From Bacilli bacterium (GTDB lineage Bacteria; Bacillota_I; Bacilli_A; RF39; UBA660): a stretch of 64,000 bases of DNA. Where the stretch lies: NCBI GenBank assembly GCA_045125935.1, contig JBGVNW010000068.1, forward strand, positions 55,323-119,322, given 5' to 3'. The translations under genes were made by a program, and so were the position numbers. Under the pieces are notes generated by a model. It saw only the letters and a program-made list of their open reading frames with translations, searched no databases and had not been told where the DNA came from. Positions 35,305 to 43,821 of the stretch are shown here, piece by piece; the stretch's first letter is position 1; every line of letters starts with the position of its first letter.

Positions 35305-36042
35305 TTGTTTGATGCTATAAAGTCTCATGGGTACAAGTGGAATGATAATACTAAAACTCTGGAAAAGTTGGAACAAACTTGGACTATTCAATATGCGAAG
35401 GATGGTGATGTACTTGCTTTTGATGATGAAACAATCGTTATATTTAAAGATTTATATAATAACACATCTTTTCATTCCTATTGTCATATTGAAGATGGAA
35501 TATTTACAATTAGTAAAGAAGATATGCCTGATTGGTGGCAAGCAAAAGGATTTTATCCATCCACCGAAGAACAATGTACTCTCTTGTTTAGAAAAATAAA
35601 AGAAGCAGGTTATCATTGGAATGCTGAAACAAAGACTTTGGAGAAGTTGCCGAAGTTTAAGGTTGGTGACAGAATAATTAAACGAGATTCTATAGTAAAT
35701 TCGTGGATTGTCAACAGCGTTAGTTCTGAATATTATGGATTAAAATCACCAAATGGTAGTGAGTGTATTGGTGTAATGTCTATTGCAGAACAAGATGAAT
35801 ATGAATTAGTTCCAACTAAATTTGACATCACTACATTGAAACCTTTTAAAAGTGAGGTTTTGGTAAGAAATTATAAATCAGATTATTGGAAACCAGCAAT
35901 ATTCGGATTTACTGAAAAAGATAAAAATGCTCCATTTTATGTAGTAGTAGGGGGTAATTTCTATTATAATTGTATTCCATACGAAGGAAACGAACACCTA
36001 TTAGGTAAAACAGATGACTGCGATGATTACTATAAATTATAA
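35305..36042 (+). CDS. 5'-truncated paralog of 17858..18748 (start codon uncertain; TTG in the track)
   Basis: In-frame homology begins upstream of the called start, with RFATEEEKQKLFDAIKSHGYKWNDNTKTLEKL from about 35275. No in-frame ATG is available. Contains two GY(K/H)WNxxTKTLEKL modules. Confidence 0.6.
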   Translation: MFDAIKSHGYKWNDNTKTLEKLEQTWTIQYAKDGDVLAFDDETIVIFKDLYNNTSFHSYCHIEDGIFTISKEDMPDWWQAKGFYPSTEEQCTLLFRKIKEAGYHWNAETKTLEKLPKFKVGDRIIKRDSIVNSWIVNSVSSEYYGLKSPNGSECIGVMSIAEQDEYELVPTKFDITTLKPFKSEVLVRNYKSDYWKPAIFGFTEKDKNAPFYVVVGGNFYYNCIPYEGNEHLLGKTDDCDDYYKL

Positions 36043-36106
36043 ACGTTCATTATATTGTCCCTGAAAATATTATTGTGAAATTGGCTGACAGCAATTTCTA
36101 AAAAAA

Positions 36107-36126
36107 AAAATAATAATTATTATTTT
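36107..36126. repeat. perfect 20-bp A/T palindrome
   Basis: AAAATAATAATTATTATTTT preceded by a longer A-run. Confidence 0.95.
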
Positions 36127-36146
36127 GAAAAAAAGCATTCATAATA

Positions 36147-36178
36147 TTTGGTGTTTTAATTTTTTTATATTATATTTG
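36147..36178 (+). promoter_or_regulatory. Bacteroidota-type promoter
   Basis: TTTG-N20-TATATTTG. The gene start is at 36205. Confidence 0.7.
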
Positions 36179-36204
36179 TAATAGAAAATTAAATTATTGG
36201 AATT

Positions 36205-36411
36205 ATGGGAAATATGATTAAATGGCAAACTGGAACACCTAATTATAATGGTATGTATCTAATTACTTATAGACATTTTGATTGTAACCTAAAATATGTT
36301 ATGGTTGCTAGAAGAGAAGGTAATAGTTGGTATAACACCACTTATGATAGATTAAGTGTTGATGTTTTAGCTTGGTATCCGATAAACAATATAGAACCAT
36401 ATAAAGAATAA
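36205..36411 (+). CDS. small protein, possibly DUF551-like (68 aa)
   Basis: The C-terminus VLAWYPINNIEPYKE resembles the DUF551 ...W.PLPEPP ending. The similarity is weak. Confidence 0.5.
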   Translation: MGNMIKWQTGTPNYNGMYLITYRHFDCNLKYVMVARREGNSWYNTTYDRLSVDVLAWYPINNIEPYKE

Positions 36412-36415
36412 CACA

Positions 36416-36691
36416 ATGGAAAAAATTAAAAAATTTAGAAAAAAACCTGTTGAGATTGAAGCTATCCAATTTAATGGTTGGAATTTTGGAGAGATAAATG
36501 ATTGGATGTTAGGAAAACCATCCTGGTGTTCAGAAACATATTCAAGTTGTTATAAAGAAACTATGGTTATTGAAACTCTTGAAGGCAATATGACCGCCAA
36601 TGTGGGCGATTATATTATCAAAGGAGTTCAGGGAGAGTTCTATCCTTGCAAACCTGATATTTTTGAGCAAACCTATGATGAATTGACATGA
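36416..36691 (+). CDS. conserved small phage protein (91 aa)
   Basis: KKPVEIEAIQF...GDYIIKGVQGEFYPCKPDIFEQTYDEL is a motif I recognise from many phage hypothetical proteins. Function unknown. Confidence 0.65.
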   Translation: MEKIKKFRKKPVEIEAIQFNGWNFGEINDWMLGKPSWCSETYSSCYKETMVIETLEGNMTANVGDYIIKGVQGEFYPCKPDIFEQTYDELT

Positions 36692-37104
36692 AATATAAAG
36701 TAGGCGATAAAGTGAAAATCAAAAGTCTCGATTGGTATAATGACAACCGAGACTTTTATGGCAATGTCGAATGCGGGGTTTATTATTTCATTGAAGAAAT
36801 GACTAAATACTGCGGAAAGATATTGACAATTGGTAATATCCATAAAAATGGATATGATTTACAAGAAGATGAAAATTTTGCGTGGACAGATGATATGTTT
36901 GACAGCAACATAGAAAAACCCGATGATGTTAAACCAAAAACAACTTCAGAACAAATGGTTAGTCTAAAAATGATATTAGAATATTTGGATAAGGAATTAT
37001 ATACTTCTTATGATTTATTAGGCAATATTCAAACAGTATCTAAAAATGCTGTCAGCAAAGAAGATTTTATCAATAAATTATGTAAAGAAATAGAATTATG
37101 TTAA
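36688..37104 (+). CDS. hypothetical protein (138 aa)
   Basis: ORF track. ATGA overlap. Confidence 0.6.
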   Translation: MKYKVGDKVKIKSLDWYNDNRDFYGNVECGVYYFIEEMTKYCGKILTIGNIHKNGYDLQEDENFAWTDDMFDSNIEKPDDVKPKTTSEQMVSLKMILEYLDKELYTSYDLLGNIQTVSKNAVSKEDFINKLCKEIELC

Positions 37105-37328
37105 AAAAACTAAAAAGATTTTTACCTATCAAAGTTCACAGTATTAAATATGGATATGGGTGGTGGTTTGGAGATAAACTTTTCTTTTTTGAGAAACATT
37201 GGATCCCATGTAATATTATGCCTGTTTCTTATGAAATAAACAATTTGGTATTTGACAGCAATCTCAAATCTATCGAACATGGTTTTTCAAACTCGTGGGA
37301 TAGATATTATGAACAGTTTAAGAAATAA
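37098..37328 (+). CDS. hypothetical protein (76 aa)
   Basis: ORF track. Confidence 0.5.
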   Translation: MLKKLKRFLPIKVHSIKYGYGWWFGDKLFFFEKHWIPCNIMPVSYEINNLVFDSNLKSIEHGFSNSWDRYYEQFKK

Positions 37329-37332
37329 TATT

Positions 37333-37518
37333 ATGACAGTAGCAGAGTTAATTGACCTTTTGCAAGATTTACCAAAGGATGCAGAAGTGGGAAAAATAGT
37401 AACCCGCTCGATTGGAATGAGAGATGAATATGAAGATGTCTTCAAGCCTTTTAAGAAAATGGATTACAAAGTGGAATTTAAAGGTGGTAATTCAGTAAAA
37501 AATGTAATACTTGAATAA
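37333..37518 (+). CDS. small protein, 'MTVAELI' family (61 aa)
   Basis: Track ORF 37252..37518. I moved the start to the ATG at 37333 (MTVAELIDLLQDLPKDAEV...). Confidence 0.5.
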   Translation: MTVAELIDLLQDLPKDAEVGKIVTRSIGMRDEYEDVFKPFKKMDYKVEFKGGNSVKNVILE

Positions 37519-37520
37519 TT

Positions 37521-37877
37521 ATGACGAAAAATGAATTGAAAGAATTTAAATCTTTACTTGAAATCTTTAACGATAGATGTCATGAAATATGTCAATATTT
37601 GAGCAAGATAGATAATGACTATGAAAATCTGACCAGTTTCGATATATGGGATAATAAAATTCATGGAGAAGGTTATTGTCATGATTTAGGTTATATAGGC
37701 AAATCTTTCCCAACAAGATTTATATATGCTCCTAACTCCGAAATTGAAGAATATGTAAATGATATCTTGATTAAAAAATACGAAGAGCGTAAAGAAAGAG
37801 AAAGAAAAAATCAAGAAAATATAGAAAAAAGAGAACGAGAAGAATTGGCAAGACTGAAAGCAAAATATGGCGAGTGA
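37521..37877 (+). CDS. hypothetical protein with K/E/R-rich tail (118 aa)
   Basis: ORF track. Confidence 0.6.
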   Translation: MTKNELKEFKSLLEIFNDRCHEICQYLSKIDNDYENLTSFDIWDNKIHGEGYCHDLGYIGKSFPTRFIYAPNSEIEEYVNDILIKKYEERKERERKNQENIEKREREELARLKAKYGE

Positions 37878-37888
37878 GATTTGACAAC

Positions 37889-37908
37889 AAAATAATAATT
37901 ATTATTTT
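37889..37908. repeat. perfect 20-bp A/T palindrome
   Basis: AAAATAATAATTATTATTTT. Confidence 0.95.
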
Positions 37909-37974
37909 TAAAATTGCTGTCAGGTTTGTTATATTTGCTTATGTAGCAATTAGATATATAAAATAACATAATAT

Positions 37975-38025
37975 AAAAAATGGCGCATTTGTATAATTAT
38001 ATATATTATAGTTTTTTTTAATATA
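37975..38025 (+). promoter_or_regulatory. conserved element AAAAAATGGCGCATTTGTATA... (copy 1 of 2), candidate alternative promoter
   Basis: About 45 nt are nearly identical to 53441-53487. Both copies lie upstream of a gene that lacks the standard cassette. Confidence 0.35.
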
Positions 38026-38055
38026 AATCTTGCGATTTTTTTATAATAAAATCTA

Positions 38056-38409
38056 ATGCTATCGGATAGCACACAAAAAAATTTATTAAATTTAATTATG
38101 GAAAAAGACTTAAATACATTAAACTGTTTAAGAGAAGATTTTATTAAATGGGCTGACAGCAATGAACCAAGTGTTTATGAACTGGAATTAAATAGAATTG
38201 GTGGAAAATTAACAGGATTTGATTCTGTTACTGAACCAACAGTATTGCTTGATTGTAATAAAAGTAAAGGCGATTGGTATCTTTGTGTGAATTGCTCATC
38301 AGAAAATGAAATTGGATGCTATCCGATAGAAAATTTAAATAAAATGCAAATTCATGAAATAAGAAGAATTGTAGAGTCTTGGTTAGTTAGAAAGGATGCT
38401 GTTTTTTAG
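38056..38409 (+). CDS. hypothetical protein (117 aa)
   Basis: ORF track. Confidence 0.6.
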   Translation: MLSDSTQKNLLNLIMEKDLNTLNCLREDFIKWADSNEPSVYELELNRIGGKLTGFDSVTEPTVLLDCNKSKGDWYLCVNCSSENEIGCYPIENLNKMQIHEIRRIVESWLVRKDAVF

Positions 38410-38534
38410 TTCATATAATGCCAAAATATCGTCGATCTCTTTTGAGATGAGTAATTGTCCCACCAGATATGAGATCGTTGAAATTTGACAAATATATAAG
38501 CATAATATTTGAATTTATAAATTAGTTTTAAATT

Positions 38535-39029
38535 ATGAAATATTTGGAGAAATATATTGAAGAAAAAATGAGAATAAAAATTCTCGGTGAATTAACTACG
38601 AGAGAATGTAGCGAAGGAGATGATGTAGGAGTATCATTAGTTATAGATGGATATGAACCTGGTATAGAAATATGGTATGTCGACTATGCAAATTGGTTGG
38701 AGGAAAAAATTGAGAATTCACATTATAAAAACCTGTTCAGTGGTTGTGAAAAACCTAATGTTAACTATAAAAATATGTTCGGTGGTTGTAAAAAACCTAA
38801 TGTTAATAAAATGACATTAGAAGAATTCAGAGACGATGTGCTGACAGCAATGAAAAATAAACCTGAATCATGGCGAGATGGGCAGTTTGTTTTTAATTAT
38901 ATTGATAATATGTATGGTGGTATAAGACAAGCTCTCCAGATATCAAATGTAGATTGTTACAATAATGATAAACATATAGATGAATTTATTAACGCATGTT
39001 TTTCTTATCTAACGACTAAAATAAAATGA
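38535..39029 (+). CDS. hypothetical protein (164 aa) with an internal tandem repeat
   Basis: ORF track. Internal repeat: YKNLFSGCEKPNVN / YKNMFGGCKKPNVN. Confidence 0.6.
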   Translation: MKYLEKYIEEKMRIKILGELTTRECSEGDDVGVSLVIDGYEPGIEIWYVDYANWLEEKIENSHYKNLFSGCEKPNVNYKNMFGGCKKPNVNKMTLEEFRDDVLTAMKNKPESWRDGQFVFNYIDNMYGGIRQALQISNVDCYNNDKHIDEFINACFSYLTTKIK

Positions 39030-39316
39030 TAACAGCGATAGATGCAAAACTTGCAGTAGCACGGACAAAACCATATTATAATATAGTAGATCAAAAAATA
39101 AAAGTGGCGGCGAATAACGGTAATAGTATGTGTGCTATCCAATTGGATGAAATACCAAATGCAACAACTGGCACTTTGTATGAAATCTCAAACCTTCTAT
39201 ATGAACTCGGATATCAGACGCTGATAGCACATCCGAATACATTGACAATATATTGGCATGTAAAAACACCTACATATTATAATATAGATGATGATTTCGA
39301 TATCATTGAAGAATAA
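39026..39316 (+). CDS. hypothetical protein (96 aa)
   Basis: ORF track. ATGA overlap. Confidence 0.6.
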   Translation: MITAIDAKLAVARTKPYYNIVDQKIKVAANNGNSMCAIQLDEIPNATTGTLYEISNLLYELGYQTLIAHPNTLTIYWHVKTPTYYNIDDDFDIIEE

Positions 39317-39415
39317 ATGAAATTGAAAGATATCGGAAAAATATTGAGAAATTGTAGATATAAATAACTTTTTGTTTGTTATTTTTATTTTACAATATTT
39401 AAGGCAATAATATAT

Positions 39416-40225
39416 ATGAATATAAATTATCAATTAATACATGGTGATTGTTTTGAAAAAATGAAAGATTTGCGAGATAATTCTATAGATCTTACAGTTA
39501 CAAGTCCACCTTACGATAATCTTCGCAATTATGGGGGAATAATAGATGGATGGTCTTTCGAGAAATTTCAAGGAATTGCAAAAGAATTATACCGTATCAC
39601 AAAGGATGGCGGAGTGGTTGTATGGGTTGTAGGCGATGCAACTATTAAAGGAAGTGAAACTGGGAGTTCATTTCGTCAAGCGTTGTATTTTAAAGAGTGA
39701 GGGTTTAATTTGCACGACACTATGATATGGACGAAAAATGCTATACCCTACGATCCAAAATGTAACAGATATTGGCAAGGATTTGAATATATGTTTGTGC
39801 TATCCAAAGGTAAACCTAAAACATGCAATTATCTAACAGAACCATGTAAATTAGCAGGAAAACCTAAAACAAATGATTATGGTCAAAAAAGAATAGATGG
39901 AACAAATAGAGAAGACAGGAGAGATGAAAATAGAGTCATAAAAGAAACAAAGGTGAAAACCAATGTGTGGCATTTTGCTCCCGATGGACAGAAGACGAAT
40001 CATCCTGCCGTATTTCCCAGACAATTAGCACTTGACCATATTTTATCTTGGAGTAATGAAGGCGATGTTGTGTTTGATCCTTTCACTGGGAGCGGAACTA
40101 CAGGCATAATGGCAATTCTTAATGATAGAAATTTTATAGGTATAGAACTTAACGAAGAATACTTTAAAATAGCAAAAGAACGAATCGACAATGCTTTCGT
40201 TGAAAATAAAAACAAATTATTCTAA
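39416..40225 (+). CDS. beta-class DNA N6-adenine/N4-cytosine methyltransferase interrupted by an in-frame TGA (39698-39700)
   Basis: Motif IV is DLTVTSPPYDNL (N-terminal). Motif I is VVFDPFTGSGTTG (C-terminal), the beta-class order. The two track ORFs (39416..39700 and 39710..40225) are in the same frame: ...RQALYFKE*GFNLHDTMIWTKN. Confidence 0.8.
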
Positions 40226-40290
40226 TTGAATAATAAATGAAATTGACAGCAAATTGCTATCAGAAAAAAAAATAATTATTATTTTAAAAT

Positions 40291-40716
40291 ATGTATATCG
40301 CAGTAGATTTTGACGGAACTTGTGTGAGTCACGAGTATCCAAATGTGGGTAAAGATATTGGAGCAGTGCCTGTTTTGAAAGCACTTGTTGAAATTGGACA
40401 TAAGATTATTCTCAATACGATGAGGTCTGGTGATGAATTAGCGGATGCTATTCAGTGGTTTATTGATAATGATATTCCGTTATATGGCGTGAATGAAAAT
40501 CCAACCCAAAAAGAATGGACAGCATCACCCAAAGTTTATGCACATATTTATATAGATGATTGTGCATTTGGTTGCCCGCTTAAAATGGATCCTGCTATCG
40601 GCGACAAACCGTTTGTTGATTGGACAGCAGTTGAGAAAAATTTGATGGGAAATTTGAAACTATTATATGGAGATAATTTATCCAAATCTAAAATAATATA
40701 TGGAAATAAAACTTAA
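40291..40716 (+). CDS. HAD-superfamily-like hydrolase (141 aa)
   Basis: MYIAVDFDGTCV gives the DxDGT nucleophile motif at the N-terminus. The size is that of a small Rossmann-like protein. Confidence 0.6.
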   Translation: MYIAVDFDGTCVSHEYPNVGKDIGAVPVLKALVEIGHKIILNTMRSGDELADAIQWFIDNDIPLYGVNENPTQKEWTASPKVYAHIYIDDCAFGCPLKMDPAIGDKPFVDWTAVEKNLMGNLKLLYGDNLSKSKIIYGNKT

Positions 40717-41269
40717 ACTGATAGCAACCGATAATGATCGCAATATCGCCAAGAACATAGTTGAGAATCACCATTCTTATGTACCGACATTTAAAAGTGT
40801 GGGGAGAAGGATAGATTGGTTGATTGCTGTCGATAATGAAGTTGTCGGTATGATAGGAATCGGTTCATCAACATATCCGCCGTGTAAGGATATCTTGACC
40901 AGACTCGGTAAGACCAAGAGTGAATATAGGGAAATCTTCAACAACATTGCTAACAACTGGCGGTTCTGTATGTGTAAGAAAATTCCTAATGTTGGAACCA
41001 GAGTCTTGAAACTCCTCCGCCAGTAAGCACCAATAGAATGGAAAAAGAAATATGGAGATGAGTTGAGGTATTTGATTACATTTGTCGGCGGGGGGCATGA
41101 TGGTGCTGTATATAAAGCCGACAACTGGGAAGTGATTGGGAATACAGCGGGACTGCCGCAGCATAAATCTGTTTCTATGAAGTGGGATGATGCTGTCGGT
41201 TTGAAAGCAAAATTTGTAAAACCAACAGGGGAAAACAAAAAGGTTATATTCTTCAAAGAATTAAAATAA
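40700..41269 (+). CDS. DUF4338 (DruA-like)-resembling protein interrupted by an in-frame TAA (41024-41026)
   Basis: NNWRFCMCKKIPNVGTRVLKLLRQ*APIEWKKKYGDELRYLITFVGGGHDGAVYKADNWEVIGNTAG resembles, from memory, the DUF4338 pattern RF.I.P...NL.S.vL......W...YG....L.TFVD...F.GT.YkAaNW..vG.T.G. Both halves are in one frame. Confidence 0.45.
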
Positions 41270-41282
41270 TAATTATTATTTT
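41263..41282. repeat. perfect 20-bp A/T palindrome
   Basis: AAAATAATAATTATTATTTT, containing the TAA stop of the preceding gene. Confidence 0.95.
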
Positions 41283-41294
41283 TTATTAATTCAC

Positions 41295-41341
41295 TGACAG
41301 CAAACAAGATAGCAGTTGAATATATATGGTGATTGCTGTCA
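41295..41341. repeat. inverted TGACAGCA...TGCTGTCA pair ending in the 16-mer ATGGTGATTGCTGTCA
   Basis: TGACAGCA at 41295-41302. ATGGTGATTGCTGTCA at 41326-41341. Confidence 0.8.
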
Positions 41342-41376
41342 ATAAAAAAAAATATTATAAAAAACCTTCAAAAATA

Positions 41377-41408
41377 TTTGGAGGTTTCATTTTTTATTGC
41401 TATCTTTG
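41377..41408 (+). promoter_or_regulatory. Bacteroidota-type promoter with hairpin over the -33 box
   Basis: TTTG-N20-TATCTTTG. The repeat AAACCTTCAAA/TTTGGAGGTTT plus a T-run covers the -33 box. Confidence 0.7.
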
Positions 41409-41432
41409 TAGTGTAAAACTTAAACAACAACT

Positions 41433-41876
41433 ATGACACGAAAAGAACGAAAAGAATATATCCTCAACTTGGATAAGGTAGTAAGACGATGGAGAACTAA
41501 CTCTAAATTATTCGCAGGAGGTTGTTGCTTCTCATCTGGACAGATAGCAACATTACTTGAAAAGAAAGGTATTGGATATAAAGTGATTTGCTGGCAATGT
41601 GGAGATTTTAATGTGAAAAATCTAAAAGATATAATCTTAAATAACGATTGCTGTCATGTAGCCATTCAAGTCAGAATTGATAATCAGAAATTTATAATAG
41701 GTGGAAGTTTCTACTCTGGATGTAAAACGAATCGCAGAACATATACAGATATCAAAAGCAAAGAAATTATAGATTATGACCTGCTCGGACATTATAAAGG
41801 TTGCTGGAATAGAACATATAACAGAAACCTCAACAGCAGATTTACAAAAACATTGACGAATGCTGTCAATAAATAA
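41433..41876 (+). CDS. hypothetical protein (147 aa)
   Basis: ORF track. Confidence 0.6.
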   Translation: MTRKERKEYILNLDKVVRRWRTNSKLFAGGCCFSSGQIATLLEKKGIGYKVICWQCGDFNVKNLKDIILNNDCCHVAIQVRIDNQKFIIGGSFYSGCKTNRRTYTDIKSKEIIDYDLLGHYKGCWNRTYNRNLNSRFTKTLTNAVNK

Positions 41877-41908
41877 TAATTATTATTTTTATTTTTCTAC
41901 CAGCAAAA

Positions 41909-41940
41909 TTTGGTTATGTCAGAAAAAATGATTATCTTTG
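41909..41940 (+). promoter_or_regulatory. Bacteroidota-type promoter
   Basis: TTTG-N20-TATCTTTG. Confidence 0.7.
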
Positions 41941-41968
41941 TAATATAAAACTTAAAACAATAACGATT

Positions 41969-42229
41969 ATGATTATGATAAGCAATTTGAAAGCAAACGC
42001 AATGAATAAAGTAATGTATTTCATGGCAAACTGTGGTTATGATGCTGGCAAAAAACTGATCTATGATTCTTTTGACAAAAATCTGGCAGATCACATTTTC
42101 GATAAGTATATGGAGATTAGTGAGTATGCTAGCAGACCTTTCTTTGAGTTGTACTTTGCAGTGGACAACGATTGCAAAAAGGCTATCCTTAATTATATTG
42201 AGAACAACTATAACATTCCTGAAATCTAA
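41969..42229 (+). CDS. hypothetical protein (86 aa)
   Basis: ORF track. Confidence 0.55.
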   Translation: MIMISNLKANAMNKVMYFMANCGYDAGKKLIYDSFDKNLADHIFDKYMEISEYASRPFFELYFAVDNDCKKAILNYIENNYNIPEI

Positions 42230-42240
42230 TATATAATAAT

Positions 42241-42558
42241 ATGTATACAGCGAAAGATGCAAGAAATACTGTTATTGATTATGAAAGAAATCGCAATCAG
42301 GAGGAGTTAGAATTTCTATTAGACATAACAGACAATCGGATAGCATACGACATTGTTATTGAGAAAATCAAATCGCTTGCTTATAAAGGAGTGTCTGAAA
42401 TGTTGATTGAAAAAAAGAATAAAAGAGATACTGAACTGATTTCACTTTTTAAAGAAACGAATGTAGGAAAGATTTTGGATTATCTTGGTTATAGAATAGA
42501 AATGAAATTAGACAGTTTTGATCCGACTTTATTAGAATGGGTTAGAATTTCTTGGTAA
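42241..42558 (+). CDS. hypothetical protein (105 aa)
   Basis: ORF track. Confidence 0.6.
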   Translation: MYTAKDARNTVIDYERNRNQEELEFLLDITDNRIAYDIVIEKIKSLAYKGVSEMLIEKKNKRDTELISLFKETNVGKILDYLGYRIEMKLDSFDPTLLEWVRISW

Positions 42559-42573
42559 AAAATCATTAAAAAA

Positions 42574-42605
42574 TTTGGATAATTGAAAAAAAGTTATTAT
42601 CTTTG
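42574..42605 (+). promoter_or_regulatory. Bacteroidota-type promoter
   Basis: TTTG-N20-TATCTTTG. Confidence 0.7.
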
Positions 42606-42634
42606 TAGTGTAAAACTTAAAACAATAAAGCATT

Positions 42635-42826
42635 ATGGCAACAACGAATTATACACTAACAACAAATCGCAGTAAAAAAACCTATACTATCCGTAGATAT
42701 GACAACGGAAAGCTTACCAGCAAATATCGTAGTTATCCACAGGGTGATGAATATTCAGAACACTGGACAGAAAACGACATCAAGAATTTCTTGAAATATT
42801 CTGGAGATTACTATGTTGTTAAGTGA
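42635..42826 (+). CDS. hypothetical protein (63 aa)
   Basis: ORF track. Confidence 0.55.
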   Translation: MATTNYTLTTNRSKKTYTIRRYDNGKLTSKYRSYPQGDEYSEHWTENDIKNFLKYSGDYYVVK

Positions 42827-42888
42827 TTGCTGTCCGATGAGGTAAAATAAAAATAATAATTATTTTTTTCAAGAAAGTTGCTGAAAAA

Positions 42889-42921
42889 TTTGGAAATTCA
42901 AAAAAAAAGTTGTTATATTTG
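42889..42921 (+). promoter_or_regulatory. Bacteroidota-type promoter
   Basis: TTTG-N21-TATATTTG. Confidence 0.7.
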
Positions 42922-42950
42922 TAGTGTAAAACTTAAAACAACAAACAATT

Positions 42951-43196
42951 ATGGCACAAAAAAATCTCATTGAAAAAGACACATATGTATGCGTCTATAA
43001 TATTAAGGACAAAGACGGAAAGCATCTGAACAATTTGGAACTTAATGTTGGTAAAGAGATCCTGAAATCAGATGATGTCTATGAGGAATATGTCGGAAGA
43101 TTATATGTTGAGTCTGAAGATTTGGATAGTGCAGTATTTGATTATGTAAAGGAAATATATCCAGATTTTTTCACTTATGAATATGAAGTAGATTGA
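42951..43196 (+). CDS. hypothetical acidic protein (81 aa)
   Basis: ORF track. Its TGA stop is part of a TGACAGCA motif. Confidence 0.55.
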   Translation: MAQKNLIEKDTYVCVYNIKDKDGKHLNNLELNVGKEILKSDDVYEEYVGRLYVESEDLDSAVFDYVKEIYPDFFTYEYEVD

Positions 43197-43229
43197 CAGC
43201 AACCTGAAATCAAATGGCGAATGCTGTCA
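43194..43229. repeat. inverted TGACAGCA...TGCTGTCA pair with CTGAAATC in the spacer
   Basis: TGACAGCA 43194-43201, CTGAAATC 43204-43211, TGCTGTCA 43222-43229. Confidence 0.8.
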
Positions 43230-43257
43230 GAAAAAAATAAAAAAAGTTTCTGAAAAA

Positions 43258-43289
43258 TTTGGAAAAACAAAATATTTTTGTTATATTTG
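43258..43289 (+). promoter_or_regulatory. Bacteroidota-type promoter of the tRNA cluster
   Basis: TTTG-N20-TATATTTG. The first tRNA starts 30 nt downstream. Confidence 0.7.
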
Positions 43290-43318
43290 TAATGTAGTTC
43301 TTTGATAAGCATTGAAAC

Positions 43319-43699
43319 GGTCCTATAGCTCAGTTGGTTAGAGCATCTGACTTGATGTCCTATAAATTTCTCAAAAATATAAAAGTTTATAGGAGGTGGG
43401 TCGCAATATTGGAAACGATATTGTAGTAAGTGTTAAATTCATTGAAAGTCTTTATGGTAACATATTGTACCAACGATGAGCCAAATCCTTAACAGGAGAG
43501 GTGCAGAGACTATAATACACCACCTAAGTTATAGCACTTAACCAGATATGTGGTCATTCATATTTCTTAATAGGAGAATACCCCACGGTTAGGTGATGTA
43601 ATATGGTGAAGGCATAGTCCAAGTAAATGTATTTGAAATGAGATAGAATATATTTATAGCATAATCAGGAGGTCGTAGGTTCAAGCCCTACTGGGACCA
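43319..43699 (+). tRNA. tRNA with anticodon CAU (Met or lysidine-type Ile2) interrupted by a 307-nt intron between positions 33 and 34
   Basis: Exon 1 (43319-43352) is GGTCCTA-TA-GCTC-AGTTGGTTA-GAGC-A-TCTGA-CT. Exon 2 (43660-43699) is CATAA-TCAGG-AGGTC-GTAGG-TTCAAGC-CCTAC-TGGGACC-A. Joined, they form a canonical class I cloverleaf with anticodon loop CTCATAA. Confidence 0.8.
43353..43659 (+). ncRNA. group I (IC3-like) intron in the tRNA(CAU) anticodon loop
   Basis: The 5' exon ends in U and the intron ends in G. The core strings TATGGTAAC...GATGAGCCAAATCC...GGTGCAGAGACTATAATACACCACCTAAG parallel the Azoarcus tRNA-Ile intron as I remember it (UAUGGCAAC...GCCGAGCCAAGC...GGUGUAGAGACUAGACGGCACCCACCUAAGG). 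Confidence 0.7.
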
Positions 43700-43821
43700 C
43701 AAAATATACTGAAGCAATCTGAAAAATAATGATGATTGCTGTCGGGAAAATAAAAATAATTATTATTTCAGAAATGAAATGATATGAAATGGATAGCAAA
43801 AGAGATTGCTATTTTACAAAT

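Noticed and set aside
40777-41307. Long antisense ORFs: 40777..41307 (176 aa), 50122..50691 (189 aa), 49087..49479 (130 aa), 41897..42262 (121 aa), 58620..59000 (126 aa), 32737..33078 (113 aa), and all shorter minus-strand track ORFs
   Set aside because: Each lies opposite a + strand ORF with better features such as motifs, paralogs, a promoter or a palindrome. Several run straight through promoter and palindrome cassettes. Their translations are low-complexity F/I/L/S/C-rich strings, typical of antisense frames in AT-rich coding DNA.
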